IMG/VR virus record: IMGVR_UViG_3300020016_000032
Coordinates: 1-30,586 of that record
Reading direction: 5' to 3' (one strand)
Source: a virus
Lineage: Duplodnaviria > Caudoviricetes
Length of the DNA: 30,586 bases
In this document: one piece after another, positions 7,800 through 17,211 of the stretch
Layout of the letters: each line of letters opens with the position of its first letter
How positions within the stretch are numbered: position 1 is the first letter of the stretch
Made by a program: the position numbers and the translations under genes
Notes under the pieces: generated by a model
The model's input: only the letters and a program-made list of their open reading frames with translations
Told to the model about the DNA's origin: nothing
The model's database searches: none

Positions 7800-8630
7800 C
7801 TACCCCTGCAGCCAACTATCTATGCTTGACCGATCCCCAGACGATACCGCAGTATTAGTCACCAGAATACGACGTATAACACCGGTTAGCAAAGCGTCGC
7901 CGTCGCCAAGTGGATTGCTCGCTTGACCAACAGCAAGCTGACTTCCTCCGCCAACTCCAAGCGTTACGTTTCTAAGTGCTGTAGACCCAAGAGTGTTGTT
8001 TTTATAAACGATAACGTTAGTTCCATCTATTACCGTGCCCATTCTGGTAGGAGTATCATAAATAATGGCAACAGAAGACGTTCCAAACACATTCCCTTGT
8101 ACCCAATTAAATGCCTGCGTTGAACTGTCTCGAATCAGTGCCCCCATCGAGTTTGTATCGAAATAGTCACGAGTCTCTGTACTTGCTAAAAATGACAGTA
8201 CGCGACAGTAGTCTTGAGAACTAGCCGCCATCTGCACCGCTACAAACCAAGACGACACATTCGAATTTAATGTTATTGCCGCAGAAGTCGTTGCCAAGTA
8301 TTGCCTGCTGGCTGCCGTAAACGAAATCCCAGCCTTGGAATTATAGCTAGAAGAACTAAACTGCGGAGACGTCGGGGCCACGGTCCCACCGGCAGCATTC
8401 AACCCTAAAACATAACTATTTGAACTTTGATCGGTCCACGATGTGACATTCGCCCCAGTCACCGCAACGCCGAGATCGGCATCCCATATTCCAACAATCG
8501 CACTTCCCAAGAGCGTAATGATCTCCGCCGTCGTTGTATTGCCGCCAGCGGCAATGACCGGCACCGCAAAGTAGCAGTCGTCCGGCGAGATGATCCGCCG
8601 CTTCTTCACGATGCCGATGTCGTAGTCCAT
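7800..8630 (-). CDS. Concanavalin A/LamG-like lectin-domain protein
   Basis: IWDADLGV..GANVTSWTDQSSNSY, GISF..., YKNN, LAVG...LLTGVIRRILVTNTAVSSGDRSSIDSWL resembles phage LamG-like domains; TGATG coupling. Confidence 0.65.
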   Translation of the reverse strand: MDYDIGIVKKRRIISPDDCYFAVPVIAAGGNTTTAEIITLLGSAIVGIWDADLGVAVTGANVTSWTDQSSNSYVLGLNAAGGTVAPTSPQFSSSSYNSKAGISFTAASRQYLATTSAAITLNSNVSSWFVAVQMAASSQDYCRVLSFLASTETRDYFDTNSMGALIRDSSTQAFNWVQGNVFGTSSVAIIYDTPTRMGTVIDGTNVIVYKNNTLGSTALRNVTLGVGGGSQLAVGQASNPLGDGDALLTGVIRRILVTNTAVSSGDRSSIDSWLQG

Positions 8631-9019
8631 CACTCAGGGTCCACTTCCACAATAACGACAGGCGGGACCGGTGGCGGATAGGCGGTCAGCTTGAGCCGTA
8701 GCACTTCCAGGATCGCCTTGATGATCGGCCGGCTCTGCTTGTAGGTCAGGCTCAACTCGAAGCCACGACTGGCACCGGACGCATCACGAGCCGCGACGGC
8801 ATCGATCATCGCCATGTTCTTAATCGCCAGTTCCATCGTAGTGATCGCGTGCTCGACGGCCTCGCGAGTCATCTGCTGTTTTGGCTGGAGATACTGTCCT
8901 CTTGTGCGCATTTCGTGAACGTGGTCATCGCAAAGCCATTGCTCTTCCAACGGGCCGTGCCATGAACAGAACCCATCGGCCTCGATCGGCTTTTTGCAAA
9001 CGGCGCAATTTTCCGTCAT
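8630..9019 (-). CDS. 129-aa hypothetical protein with N-terminal Cys/His cluster (putative Zn-binding)
   Basis: CAVC...C.WH...LCDDH; ATGA overlap with the upstream gene. Confidence 0.6.
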   Translation of the reverse strand: MTENCAVCKKPIEADGFCSWHGPLEEQWLCDDHVHEMRTRGQYLQPKQQMTREAVEHAITTMELAIKNMAMIDAVAARDASGASRGFELSLTYKQSRPIIKAILEVLRLKLTAYPPPVPPVVIVEVDPE

Positions 9020-9300
9020 TTCAACCCCAAAATCTGATCATAATGCCGCCCGGACTCGATCAGTTCGCAGAATTTCTCAGTCGGCATGCAGGACTTCCCG
9101 GCGCAATTCTTGCACACCGGTGCGTGACACTTATGGCAATACCCGCCGATTGCTTCGTCAGTCGGACCCTTGAACGGAACGCGATCGACGATTCCTAAAC
9201 ACTGGAATCGCCCAACGTGAGCGCACGTGAAGGAGTCGACGTAGGTGGTACGCCCGGTCTGGCGATCGAGCGTCGTAAAGATGCCGAGAGTCCTACGCAT
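9016..9300 (-). CDS. 94-aa Cys-rich (putative zinc-finger) protein
   Basis: CAH..QC...YCHKCHAPVCKNC..SC..FC; starts immediately after the upstream stop. Confidence 0.7.
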   Translation of the reverse strand: MRRTLGIFTTLDRQTGRTTYVDSFTCAHVGRFQCLGIVDRVPFKGPTDEAIGGYCHKCHAPVCKNCAGKSCMPTEKFCELIESGRHYDQILGLK

Positions 9301-9774
9301 TTATTGATCTTCGTAGTCTAGGCCCATGAACACGGCTGTATTAAAGGTCGGTGACAGCGCCAGCAGCGCCAGTCCGACGATGTTGGTCGCGGGCCAGAGC
9401 AGCATCGCGTCGTTGTCCTGTGCAGCCCACTGTTGAGACGCGCGCTGATTGAGGGCGCGCGAGAAGATCGGCAGGGTGTACGTGCCCTCGGCGGTGTAGT
9501 TGACGAACGCGCCGCTGCGCGAGGCCACGTCGGCCGGCACCAGAGGATTGGGCGTTGCCGCCGTCGCGGTACCGGCGGCCGTCTGCCGCTGGATGGTGTA
9601 GACGATATTGCAGTCGGTCGCGTTCGGCACGCTGTCGGGCCCGTAGGCCAGTGCAACGGCACGACCGCGGCAGAGTGTGGCGGTCAATGCCGTGATGGTG
9701 ACCTGGGTTTTGTAGGTCGTTGTAATCGCCTGCTGGGTTCCAGCGAAACGGTTGTCGACGTGATAGCGAGCCAT
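9301..9774 (-). CDS. 157-aa Thr/Ala-rich hypothetical protein, likely structural
   Basis: Strong RBS AAGGAG, high-GC3 codon usage, beta-rich composition. Confidence 0.75.
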   Translation of the reverse strand: MARYHVDNRFAGTQQAITTTYKTQVTITALTATLCRGRAVALAYGPDSVPNATDCNIVYTIQRQTAAGTATAATPNPLVPADVASRSGAFVNYTAEGTYTLPIFSRALNQRASQQWAAQDNDAMLLWPATNIVGLALLALSPTFNTAVFMGLDYEDQ

Positions 9775-9789
9775 CTAAGTCTCCTTGGG

Positions 9790-10158
9790 TTAGGCGTTGA
9801 GAGTTTCGAAGATAGATTCCAGGACTTGGGCATTGCCGGCGAACTGGATTGACGTGCCCCACGTCGGGTGAACGACCCGGCATTCGTGGTAGTAGCGGGT
9901 GCCAGGCTGGATCAGGATTTGATCGGTCGGCTCGAACCGGACGATGATGGTTCCGGCAATTGCCGACACGATCGTGATCCCGGTGCCGAGCTGGACGGAT
10001 GCGATGGTCGGGCCGCCCTTGACGTTCGAAATCCCCCACTTGATCGCGGATGTCACCATGCCCGTCAGATCGGCCGGCGAGCCGTTGGGGTCGCTGATGA
10101 CCGCATTGATCGTCAGCGTCTCGTCAAGCCGGAATGACACGTCGAGCTTCGTGGCCAT
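9790..10158 (-). CDS. Ig-like/BppU N-terminal-like adaptor protein
   Basis: ISDPNGSPADLTG..., GTGITIVSAIAGTIIVRFEPTD..QPGTRYYHECRV pattern. Start at 10158 (or 10170). Confidence 0.6.
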   Translation of the reverse strand: MATKLDVSFRLDETLTINAVISDPNGSPADLTGMVTSAIKWGISNVKGGPTIASVQLGTGITIVSAIAGTIIVRFEPTDQILIQPGTRYYHECRVVHPTWGTSIQFAGNAQVLESIFETLNA

Positions 10159-10189
10159 GGCGGGGACCATGAACCGTGCGGAATGTGCC

Positions 10190-10199
10190 GCAACGCACC
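10190..10199 (-). promoter_or_regulatory. GGTGCGTTGC motif
   Basis: Exact copy; 31 nt separate it from the ATG at 10158; no SD visible. Confidence 0.6.
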
Positions 10200-12670
10200 T
10201 AATGCCCGGCCGTGCTCATCTGCGGGCCGCGCGCCGGCTGCGACTGTCCGGGAGGCCAAAAATAGGATTGCCCCGTCTCATGCCGAAGCCGCTGTTGCTG
10301 TTCGTGGAAGTATTTGTGCGCCTCCGGATCGGCCAGATATTGCAGTTGATCGAGGAATGTTCGCTGATAGGCGGCGCGCGTGTAGGGCAGCGTTGAAACG
10401 ATGGGGACATACTTGCCGGCGGTGCGGACTGCCTCGCGCCCGATGTTCGTTTTCTTGCCCTGCATGGCCTGCTGCGCGTTGCCGACGGTGAGCTTGAAGG
10501 CGTCCGAGATCAGGCCAGCGGTCGGACCCATCAGGGTTTCGGTGAAACTGCCGCCGAACCGCGTCTGATCGGAAAAGAGGAAATCGCCCATCACGCCGAA
10601 CCCGCCGCCGGTCTGGTATGCCTGCGTCCAGAATTTGAGACCCTGGCCGGTCGAGGCATCCATCGGCTGCACATCCTTGCCAGCCGCGATGTTCTTGATT
10701 TGCAAGGCGAGGGCTCCACCGAGCGTCAATACGGTCGCCAGCGAGGCGGCATAGGCCGCGCCGCGCGCCGGACCCTGGTTGAGTTCCTGCTTGATGGCCT
10801 GATACTGCAGCGTCGTGAATGACAGCGCAAAGGATTTGTATTGCAGCCCACTTTCAAGTATTTCGCTCTGCCAAGTGCCGCGCGGGACCGCGCGCTCGGT
10901 TTCGCCGTAGATCATTTCGAGGTAGCGCTTGGCGATGTCGCGATTGCTTACGTCGGCCGGCTGAATGAACCCGGCGCCACCGTTCGGCGCGAAGGCCGTC
11001 GTCCTGCGCAGGGAGTTCCATTCTCTCGCCGTGAACCCATACGATTCCAGCGTGCGCCGCAGATAGCGGTTTTCCGTGCCGAGCGCATCCCAATCGTGCG
11101 CCGCGTGGTCGGCAATCGTCGCCTGGAAATCGAGCCCGAACACATGCCGGCGGGCCTGGGTGATTGGCTCAAGGCCGTTGAGGTTGACGGTCCGGTCCGC
11201 CAGCCACTTCGACCACTCGCTGCCGCCGAGCGTCCCGGCATAGCGGGCCTCATCCCCTACGATGTGCAGGAAATCGTCCAGGATCATGCCAGAGCGCACG
11301 GCCTGCTCGCGGGTGTGGGTGGACCGGATGGCATGCGCAATGCCCCACAGCGCCTTCGTGGCCGGTAGCCCCGCCATGTAGCGGGTTGCCATGTCGATGA
11401 AAGGATCGGTCGCAGCGGCCAGGATCGACGCGCCCCCGAGCTGTGCCGAGGTCAGCACGTTGCGGGTATTGCCGAACCCCGTCGCGATCTTGCCGCTGAT
11501 CGTCTCGCGTCCCCGCACAAACCCGTACATCGCATCGACGCGCCACCCGGCGTATTTGGCTGCCTCGTCGGCTGGGACGAATTCACCAAGCCCCTTGTAA
11601 AGCGACGTCACCCCGGCGCGCGACTTGCCAGCCTCGCTCGCGATCACCTGCTTGAGCCAGTTGACGGTGGCGTTCGGGTTTGGCCCGAGCACTTCCATCG
11701 CGGCGATATCGCGCGCCATGCCGTTGACGTGCTGGAAGATGGATTTGATCGGATCGCCGCGCCCGAAGTCCTTATTGTATTGCAGCCAGTCCGCAGCGGT
11801 CTTGAAGTGAATGAACCGGTGGTCGCTGCGCTGATTGGCGACAGCGCCCTTGCCGTGCGCCATCATGGACGGCTCGCGGTCGCTCCACCCGCCGGTGGTG
11901 ATGTGGTCGAAACTGACCTGCAGGAAATCCTCCAGCCGCGCCGGTGAGAGCGGGCCGCCCGTCAACGGATCGCGCATCTTGGCGAGGTCTAGTTTTGGGG
12001 CAATGTAATCGCGCCATGCCGGGTATTTCGCGCGCAACAGCGCGTGCGGATCGTGAAATTGCGGAATGTAACCGTCAGGCAGTTTGCCGATCGCCTCAAA
12101 CCCGGCCGCCTTGTTGAAGTCCTGCCGCAGCGTTTCGAACGTGCTTGATACCGCGTCCGCCATGCCGCGCGCCTCGACGCTGCCGGTCGCCTCGCCGAGC
12201 ACCTCGCGCACCACGTTGTCGAGTTGCGGGCGATTGAACCGCTGGCCCGTCAGTCGGGAGCGTCGGAACGTCGACAGCAGATCGGCCATGTCGCCATGCG
12301 CGAGCGACACGATGGCTTTGGTCCGCCCCGCGATCGATGACGTCGCCGCACCCGCCCCGAAGTTCTCGATGAGATTGATGACGCCTTCGAAAACGTTCGC
12401 CTTGCCACTCAAATCACGGAATGTTTCAAGATATGACCTGATGCGCGTGGTCGCGGCGACCGATCCGGCCGCAATGGCTTTCTTCTGCGCCGATTGAGCG
12501 GCAACGCTGGCCATCAATGCGGCTTGCGCGGCCGTGTGCGGAATCGGCGCGCCGGCAGCAACGGACGCCGCATAGTGGGCGTTGTAGCGATCAATCAAAT
12601 CGTCGGCTTCGGTCTGATTGAGGACGCCCTGATTTAGCGCTGACCGAATGCAGCTTTCGAATTGCGCCAT
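10199..12670 (-). CDS. Large internal virion (ejection) protein
   Basis: Last gene of the post-nozzle block; helical and Ala/Gly-rich; GYIPQFHD, RFIHFK..DWLQYNKDFG, QYKSF, GGGFGVMGDFLF. TAATG-coupled ATG at 12670. Confidence 0.75.
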   Translation of the reverse strand: MAQFESCIRSALNQGVLNQTEADDLIDRYNAHYAASVAAGAPIPHTAAQAALMASVAAQSAQKKAIAAGSVAATTRIRSYLETFRDLSGKANVFEGVINLIENFGAGAATSSIAGRTKAIVSLAHGDMADLLSTFRRSRLTGQRFNRPQLDNVVREVLGEATGSVEARGMADAVSSTFETLRQDFNKAAGFEAIGKLPDGYIPQFHDPHALLRAKYPAWRDYIAPKLDLAKMRDPLTGGPLSPARLEDFLQVSFDHITTGGWSDREPSMMAHGKGAVANQRSDHRFIHFKTAADWLQYNKDFGRGDPIKSIFQHVNGMARDIAAMEVLGPNPNATVNWLKQVIASEAGKSRAGVTSLYKGLGEFVPADEAAKYAGWRVDAMYGFVRGRETISGKIATGFGNTRNVLTSAQLGGASILAAATDPFIDMATRYMAGLPATKALWGIAHAIRSTHTREQAVRSGMILDDFLHIVGDEARYAGTLGGSEWSKWLADRTVNLNGLEPITQARRHVFGLDFQATIADHAAHDWDALGTENRYLRRTLESYGFTAREWNSLRRTTAFAPNGGAGFIQPADVSNRDIAKRYLEMIYGETERAVPRGTWQSEILESGLQYKSFALSFTTLQYQAIKQELNQGPARGAAYAASLATVLTLGGALALQIKNIAAGKDVQPMDASTGQGLKFWTQAYQTGGGFGVMGDFLFSDQTRFGGSFTETLMGPTAGLISDAFKLTVGNAQQAMQGKKTNIGREAVRTAGKYVPIVSTLPYTRAAYQRTFLDQLQYLADPEAHKYFHEQQQRLRHETGQSYFWPPGQSQPARGPQMSTAGH

Positions 12671-14511
12671 TACTTGCACTCCCGGATGATATCGATGATG
12701 CTTAGGTCGCGGTCACCTTGACGCGCGGCATTCTGTGCAGATATCAGCTTCGTGTTGCCGTCCTCGTCGGTCCACGGAATCTTGTCGAGCGGATCTTTGG
12801 ATGAGGCGGGCGGGGGCTTGACACCCTCGACTGGCGGCGGCGGTTCCGGCAACGCCGGCTGTGTTAATTCCTCCCGCGTCCGCACGTTCGTCTGCCGGTT
12901 CCCGATGTCCTCCAACGCCTCGGATGCCGCGATTTCCGCCTCGGCGCGCGACTGCGGTTGTGCCTCGGTGACGCGCTGTTGCACTTCCTGCATGGTGGGA
13001 CTAAGAGGTTTCTCCGGTGAAAGTGGAGTGCCATATTCAACATTGAGAGCCTTGTCGGCAGCCGTTCCTTCCGGCCCGCCCAAATCCTCCGCGTTGAGTC
13101 CACCTAATCGATTACCCTTCTTCCCCTCTTTGAGCTGATCAAGTTGCTTGGCGATATCCTGCGCTTCCATTCGAGAAACGAAGCGGCCGTTGGTTGTAAC
13201 AAAGCCATCTGCTTCGTTACTGGCCTTCAGACGTTCCCGAAGGTCTGCCCCTGGGTGAAGGTCTATCAAGTCCTTTTCGCGCGCCACCCCAAGCGCCGCC
13301 ATGGCGTCGTCTCTTGCGATTGCATGAATTGGCGCCTCGAACACGCGATCACCAACTTTATAAGCCGCAGCCCTGATACGCTCTGGCTCGGCAGCCTCAA
13401 TCGCATTCACCGCCGCGACGGCCTGCGGTGTCGGCGCGCTCGGATCGTCGGCGTGGCGCAGTGCGGCGTTGGTCAGGTCGTCGTGGAGTTCGGGCGCGAT
13501 GTCCTTCGCGGGCGGCGGCCGTGTCGCCATCTCCGCCGCGTCCATGTCGACGCCAAGTTGGGCGGCGCGGGTTTCGACGGTTTGTCGGGCAGGTATTCCG
13601 GCGTCGATTTCCTTGAGCGCAGACTGTGCCGCCTCCATCGCCTTTTCGAGGTCACCGGGCTGCGGGTTGCCGTCCAGCACGCGCTTGAGCGGGGCTTTCA
13701 GTGCGCCGGGGATTTCGCCGATGCCGCGGAACACAGCGCCGGGGATCGCGCCGAACAGGAACGACATGCCGACGTTCTCGACCGCGGGCGTGATGCCGCT
13801 CTGGACGCCAATCTCGTTGCGCCACGCCTGCACGGCCGGTTGTTCGAGCGCCGTGATGCCGGCGTTGTAGGCGCCCTGACGCCACGCTGCCGAGAAGATG
13901 CGGGCGGCCACGTTCTTGCCGGCGGCCGATGTTGGGCCAGCGAGCATCGAGCCCGAGAACAACGGATCACGCAAAGAGCCCACGAACCCGCCGCCGAACT
14001 GCGCCATCAGGCTGGCGGCGGTGCCGAGTTTCGTCGAGCGGCGGGCCTGCTCGTATTCATCCTCGGCGTCTTTCGCGACGGCCTTCGCCTCTTCGTTGAT
14101 ATCGCCGAACTGAAGTTTTTCGGCCTTGTCGGGATGGGCGTTTTGCAGGATGGCGAGCCGATCGTCGAACAGTTTGCGCTGATAGGTAGGGATAGCGTTT
14201 GGCTCGACGCCTTCCATGCGCAACTGCCGGCGCTCGCGCTCGGTCATGCGGTGGCGTTCCGGGTTGTCGAGTTCAACACCCGTTGCCTCGCGCACGGCCT
14301 TGATGCGGCGGTCGTAGGCCTCTTCGACGGACAGATCGTGCGAATTGATATTGTCGACGAGGCGCTGCGACCGTTCGGCCGCGCGGTTCATCTTGCCGAG
14401 TTCTTCGGGATGTTCGAAGATCGCCTGCGACAGGCTCAAGCCGTCATCGGCGGCGGCGGGAATCCACGCGTCGAAGTTCTGCGGTTCTGCGTTTTGATAG
14501 AGGTTTGCCAT
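12670..14511 (-). CDS. Internal virion (ejection) protein, 613 aa
   Basis: Position in the ejection block; Ala/Glu-rich helices with a Gly-rich hydrophobic middle (GGGFVGSLRDP); GAGG RBS. Confidence 0.7.
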   Translation of the reverse strand: MANLYQNAEPQNFDAWIPAAADDGLSLSQAIFEHPEELGKMNRAAERSQRLVDNINSHDLSVEEAYDRRIKAVREATGVELDNPERHRMTERERRQLRMEGVEPNAIPTYQRKLFDDRLAILQNAHPDKAEKLQFGDINEEAKAVAKDAEDEYEQARRSTKLGTAASLMAQFGGGFVGSLRDPLFSGSMLAGPTSAAGKNVAARIFSAAWRQGAYNAGITALEQPAVQAWRNEIGVQSGITPAVENVGMSFLFGAIPGAVFRGIGEIPGALKAPLKRVLDGNPQPGDLEKAMEAAQSALKEIDAGIPARQTVETRAAQLGVDMDAAEMATRPPPAKDIAPELHDDLTNAALRHADDPSAPTPQAVAAVNAIEAAEPERIRAAAYKVGDRVFEAPIHAIARDDAMAALGVAREKDLIDLHPGADLRERLKASNEADGFVTTNGRFVSRMEAQDIAKQLDQLKEGKKGNRLGGLNAEDLGGPEGTAADKALNVEYGTPLSPEKPLSPTMQEVQQRVTEAQPQSRAEAEIAASEALEDIGNRQTNVRTREELTQPALPEPPPPVEGVKPPPASSKDPLDKIPWTDEDGNTKLISAQNAARQGDRDLSIIDIIRECK

Positions 14512-14517
14512 GTTGCC

Positions 14518-16758
14518 TCAATATGCGTAGGCGAAGCCAACCCGCTTGCGGAGCGTCGGTTCAAGCGCGTGCAAATCGAGGACAAAAGGCTGTCCGTTCG
14601 AACCCATCAACGGCCTCGGATTGTCGTCGAATGGGTCGCCAAGAATGAACTGATATCCGCCGGCCACCGCGACAGGCAAAGCGGCACGCAGGCGCGCGAC
14701 CGTATACGGCTTGCCCTCTGGCGACTTCGTTCCGGTCAAATCCTCATCCCGGATCGCATTTATGATCGTCTTGAATTCACCGCTCTTGACGTTGGTTGGC
14801 AGCGCGACCTTGTATTCCGTTCGCCAACCAAAGGGGCTCCAAGAGCCGGGAGTGTAAGAATCCACGCCGCCGTAACGCTCGCTGCCCTGGTAGCGCGCGC
14901 CGGCCGCTTCTTGCAGGGTCCTTTCAAACGCAATCTTTTCGCTGCTATCCGGCATCTTCGGGTCGTAACCCTTTTCTGCCGAGCGCGTGAAAAATGCCTT
15001 CTGTGCTGTCTGGACAGCGGCGTAACCGGACTGTGTCAGGAGCGCGAATGCGCTGCCGTATTGTTCCACCTTCACCTTGTTCTGCGCGGCTTGGATCGAC
15101 TCGCTTTCCTTGTCCAGCCATCTCGGATGAGTGAACGTCGGATCGGCCGCCAGGCGCACGGCTTCCGCCGCATCGCGAATGATCCCCGGCGCGCCGCCGG
15201 CCTGCATCAAACTTCCGACATGAGCGAGCACCGGCGCGTCCTTTGAGATTTCGGCCAGCACTATCGGGGCTTTCGGCCCGGCGCCCTCAACTACCGATCG
15301 GGCAAAGTCCAACATCGGCTGCCCGCCAACTTTGGCAGCCTGCTGTGCAATGGCCTTGTCGTCCGGCGTGAGGTATTGGACCGGCCGTCCGTAATGTGCG
15401 GCGGCACTTTCGGCGAGCGAAATCCGCTCTCGCAATTGCGTCGCGATACTGGCGTGGTTGGTTGACGCCCAGTCGATCGGCGGGATGGGCAACGTGCCAG
15501 TGCGGTTGGTCCAGTCGATGATGTCGTTCTTGACACCCTCGCGCATGTTCTTCAGCAGCGTTTCGCCGGCCTCTTTCATCTTGCGAAGCCCCGGCAGCGA
15601 ACCGTGCTCGCGCATTTGGGCCTCAAGTCCGGCGAGCGTTTGCTCCATTTGGGCCGGGTTCGACTGCTTCCATGAATTGATGATGGGCGCGATCTGCTCG
15701 ACTTCAGACAACTTCGCCGCCAGCGCCGGGCTGTTGGTCATTCCAACTTCTGTGCGCAGCGCGGCAGCCTGTGAGGCAGGCAGAGGATAGCCTTTCACCG
15801 CCTCATCAAATGCTGCATCGATTTTCTGGTCGACCTGCTTGCGGATGGCCGCTTCACCGCGTTCCTGCGCCATGATCCCGCCAACCAGGCGAGAATGCAG
15901 GCTGAAGCGTTCGGGTGGCGTGAGTTGGAGGGTAGGATCGGTTTTAATGCTGTCGGCCTTCATTATGGCCGCCTCGGTGCCGTCCCGCTTCTGCACCTCG
16001 CCGAGCTTGTAGCCGAGCGTTGCGACGGCCAGTTCGGATTTCAGCCGCGACATATCGTATTCGGCCAGCGCGCGCGGCACGCCGAATTTCGGATTGTTGA
16101 TGAGCTGGCCCTGCAATGCGCCGATCTTCTGCAGACGCTGGATGAATGCGGGCGAGGTGTCGTCACCACCAGCCGCGATCGCGAATATCTCGTTCTTGGT
16201 CGACTCGATCTGCGCCTCGATCGAGGTTTTGGCGTTCGCGATGTCGCGGCGCTCTTTCTGGTTCAGCAGGCCTTCGTGGAATTCGAGGCTGGCATGGTTC
16301 GCAATGCGCCCGAGCGTGATCCCGACTTCCGGCCCGGCCACCTTCTGATACTGCGCGACCTTTTCCTTGGTGTAGGCGCCGGCCGCCTTGGCAAATCCGT
16401 CCGGGTCATTCTCGAACTTGTGCCGCATCGCCAGGAGATCAGTCTTGATGACGTTCTCGCCGTCGGCCACAGCCGCAACCTTGACGCCGTGCTGATAGTG
16501 CAGCGCCGCGTCCCCGATGATAAACGGCCGCTCGACCTGGACATTGCCTTCGTCATCGCGCGTGACGGCCGTTCGCCCTGCGTCCTCGGCTGCACGGTTG
16601 GCAACGCCGCCGAGTTCCTTGGAAGCTTCTGAGAAAAACCCAGCCAGTTCCATGTACGGCGACGCTATCTGCGAAGCGCTGACCGTCGATGTTGGCGCGC
16701 GGGCGGCGTCGGAGCCTCGCGTTGCTGCGGGTTGCGAAATGCTTGGGAGATCGACCAT
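14518..16758 (-). CDS. Internal virion (ejection) protein, 746 aa
   Basis: Helical, Ala-rich, MVDLP-type start, TGATG-coupled to the upstream gene; position after the small internal protein. Confidence 0.7.
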   Translation of the reverse strand: MVDLPSISQPAATRGSDAARAPTSTVSASQIASPYMELAGFFSEASKELGGVANRAAEDAGRTAVTRDDEGNVQVERPFIIGDAALHYQHGVKVAAVADGENVIKTDLLAMRHKFENDPDGFAKAAGAYTKEKVAQYQKVAGPEVGITLGRIANHASLEFHEGLLNQKERRDIANAKTSIEAQIESTKNEIFAIAAGGDDTSPAFIQRLQKIGALQGQLINNPKFGVPRALAEYDMSRLKSELAVATLGYKLGEVQKRDGTEAAIMKADSIKTDPTLQLTPPERFSLHSRLVGGIMAQERGEAAIRKQVDQKIDAAFDEAVKGYPLPASQAAALRTEVGMTNSPALAAKLSEVEQIAPIINSWKQSNPAQMEQTLAGLEAQMREHGSLPGLRKMKEAGETLLKNMREGVKNDIIDWTNRTGTLPIPPIDWASTNHASIATQLRERISLAESAAAHYGRPVQYLTPDDKAIAQQAAKVGGQPMLDFARSVVEGAGPKAPIVLAEISKDAPVLAHVGSLMQAGGAPGIIRDAAEAVRLAADPTFTHPRWLDKESESIQAAQNKVKVEQYGSAFALLTQSGYAAVQTAQKAFFTRSAEKGYDPKMPDSSEKIAFERTLQEAAGARYQGSERYGGVDSYTPGSWSPFGWRTEYKVALPTNVKSGEFKTIINAIRDEDLTGTKSPEGKPYTVARLRAALPVAVAGGYQFILGDPFDDNPRPLMGSNGQPFVLDLHALEPTLRKRVGFAYAY

Positions 16759-17210
16759 CAGCCATATGCCTTTGCTACGCCACCGGCGACCTTCAACCCG
16801 GCATCCAACACACCCATTTCGAGCGCAAAGTTGCCGGCCTGTTTGAGGTACGACGCATCGGCCAAATCCTGGTCGATCTGCGATTGGATATTGAGCCCGG
16901 CCGTGGTGCGCTGGCGCTCGCTCAGCAACCGCTGGCGATCCTCAAGCGCCGCCGATGTAGGCGATGAGGGATCAATCTTCGCCGCCGCCCGTATGACTTC
17001 GATATTGCCGAGCGTGGTGTTGAGTTCGTCGCGGAATTTGAGGTCGGATTGTTCGGCCTGCAGCTTGCCGAACATCGCCGCCCGTTGCGCGCGCTGCGCC
17101 TGCGCGTCATAGGCCGCATCTGTGCCGAAACCCTTCATGATCGACGAAAAGGCGCCACCCGCCACCGAGGCGATCGAGGCAACCGAGGCTACTGCCGCTG
17201 CTTCCGCCAT
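16758..17210 (-). CDS. Small internal virion protein (T7 gp14-like position)
   Basis: ATG at 17210; MAEAAAVASVASIASVAGGAFSS, Ala/Gln-rich helices, Gly-rich C-terminus. Confidence 0.7.
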   Translation of the reverse strand: MAEAAAVASVASIASVAGGAFSSIMKGFGTDAAYDAQAQRAQRAAMFGKLQAEQSDLKFRDELNTTLGNIEVIRAAAKIDPSSPTSAALEDRQRLLSERQRTTAGLNIQSQIDQDLADASYLKQAGNFALEMGVLDAGLKVAGGVAKAYG

Positions 17211-17211
17211 G

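Noticed and set aside
10855-10905. Possibly shortened segment (ETERAVPRGTWQSE) in the large ejection protein
   Set aside because: The impression of a small in-frame deletion rests only on memory of homologues and needs an alignment.
13144-15246. 700-aa plus-strand ORF
   Set aside because: Antisense shadow of the GC-rich ejection genes; Arg-rich, no motifs or RBS.
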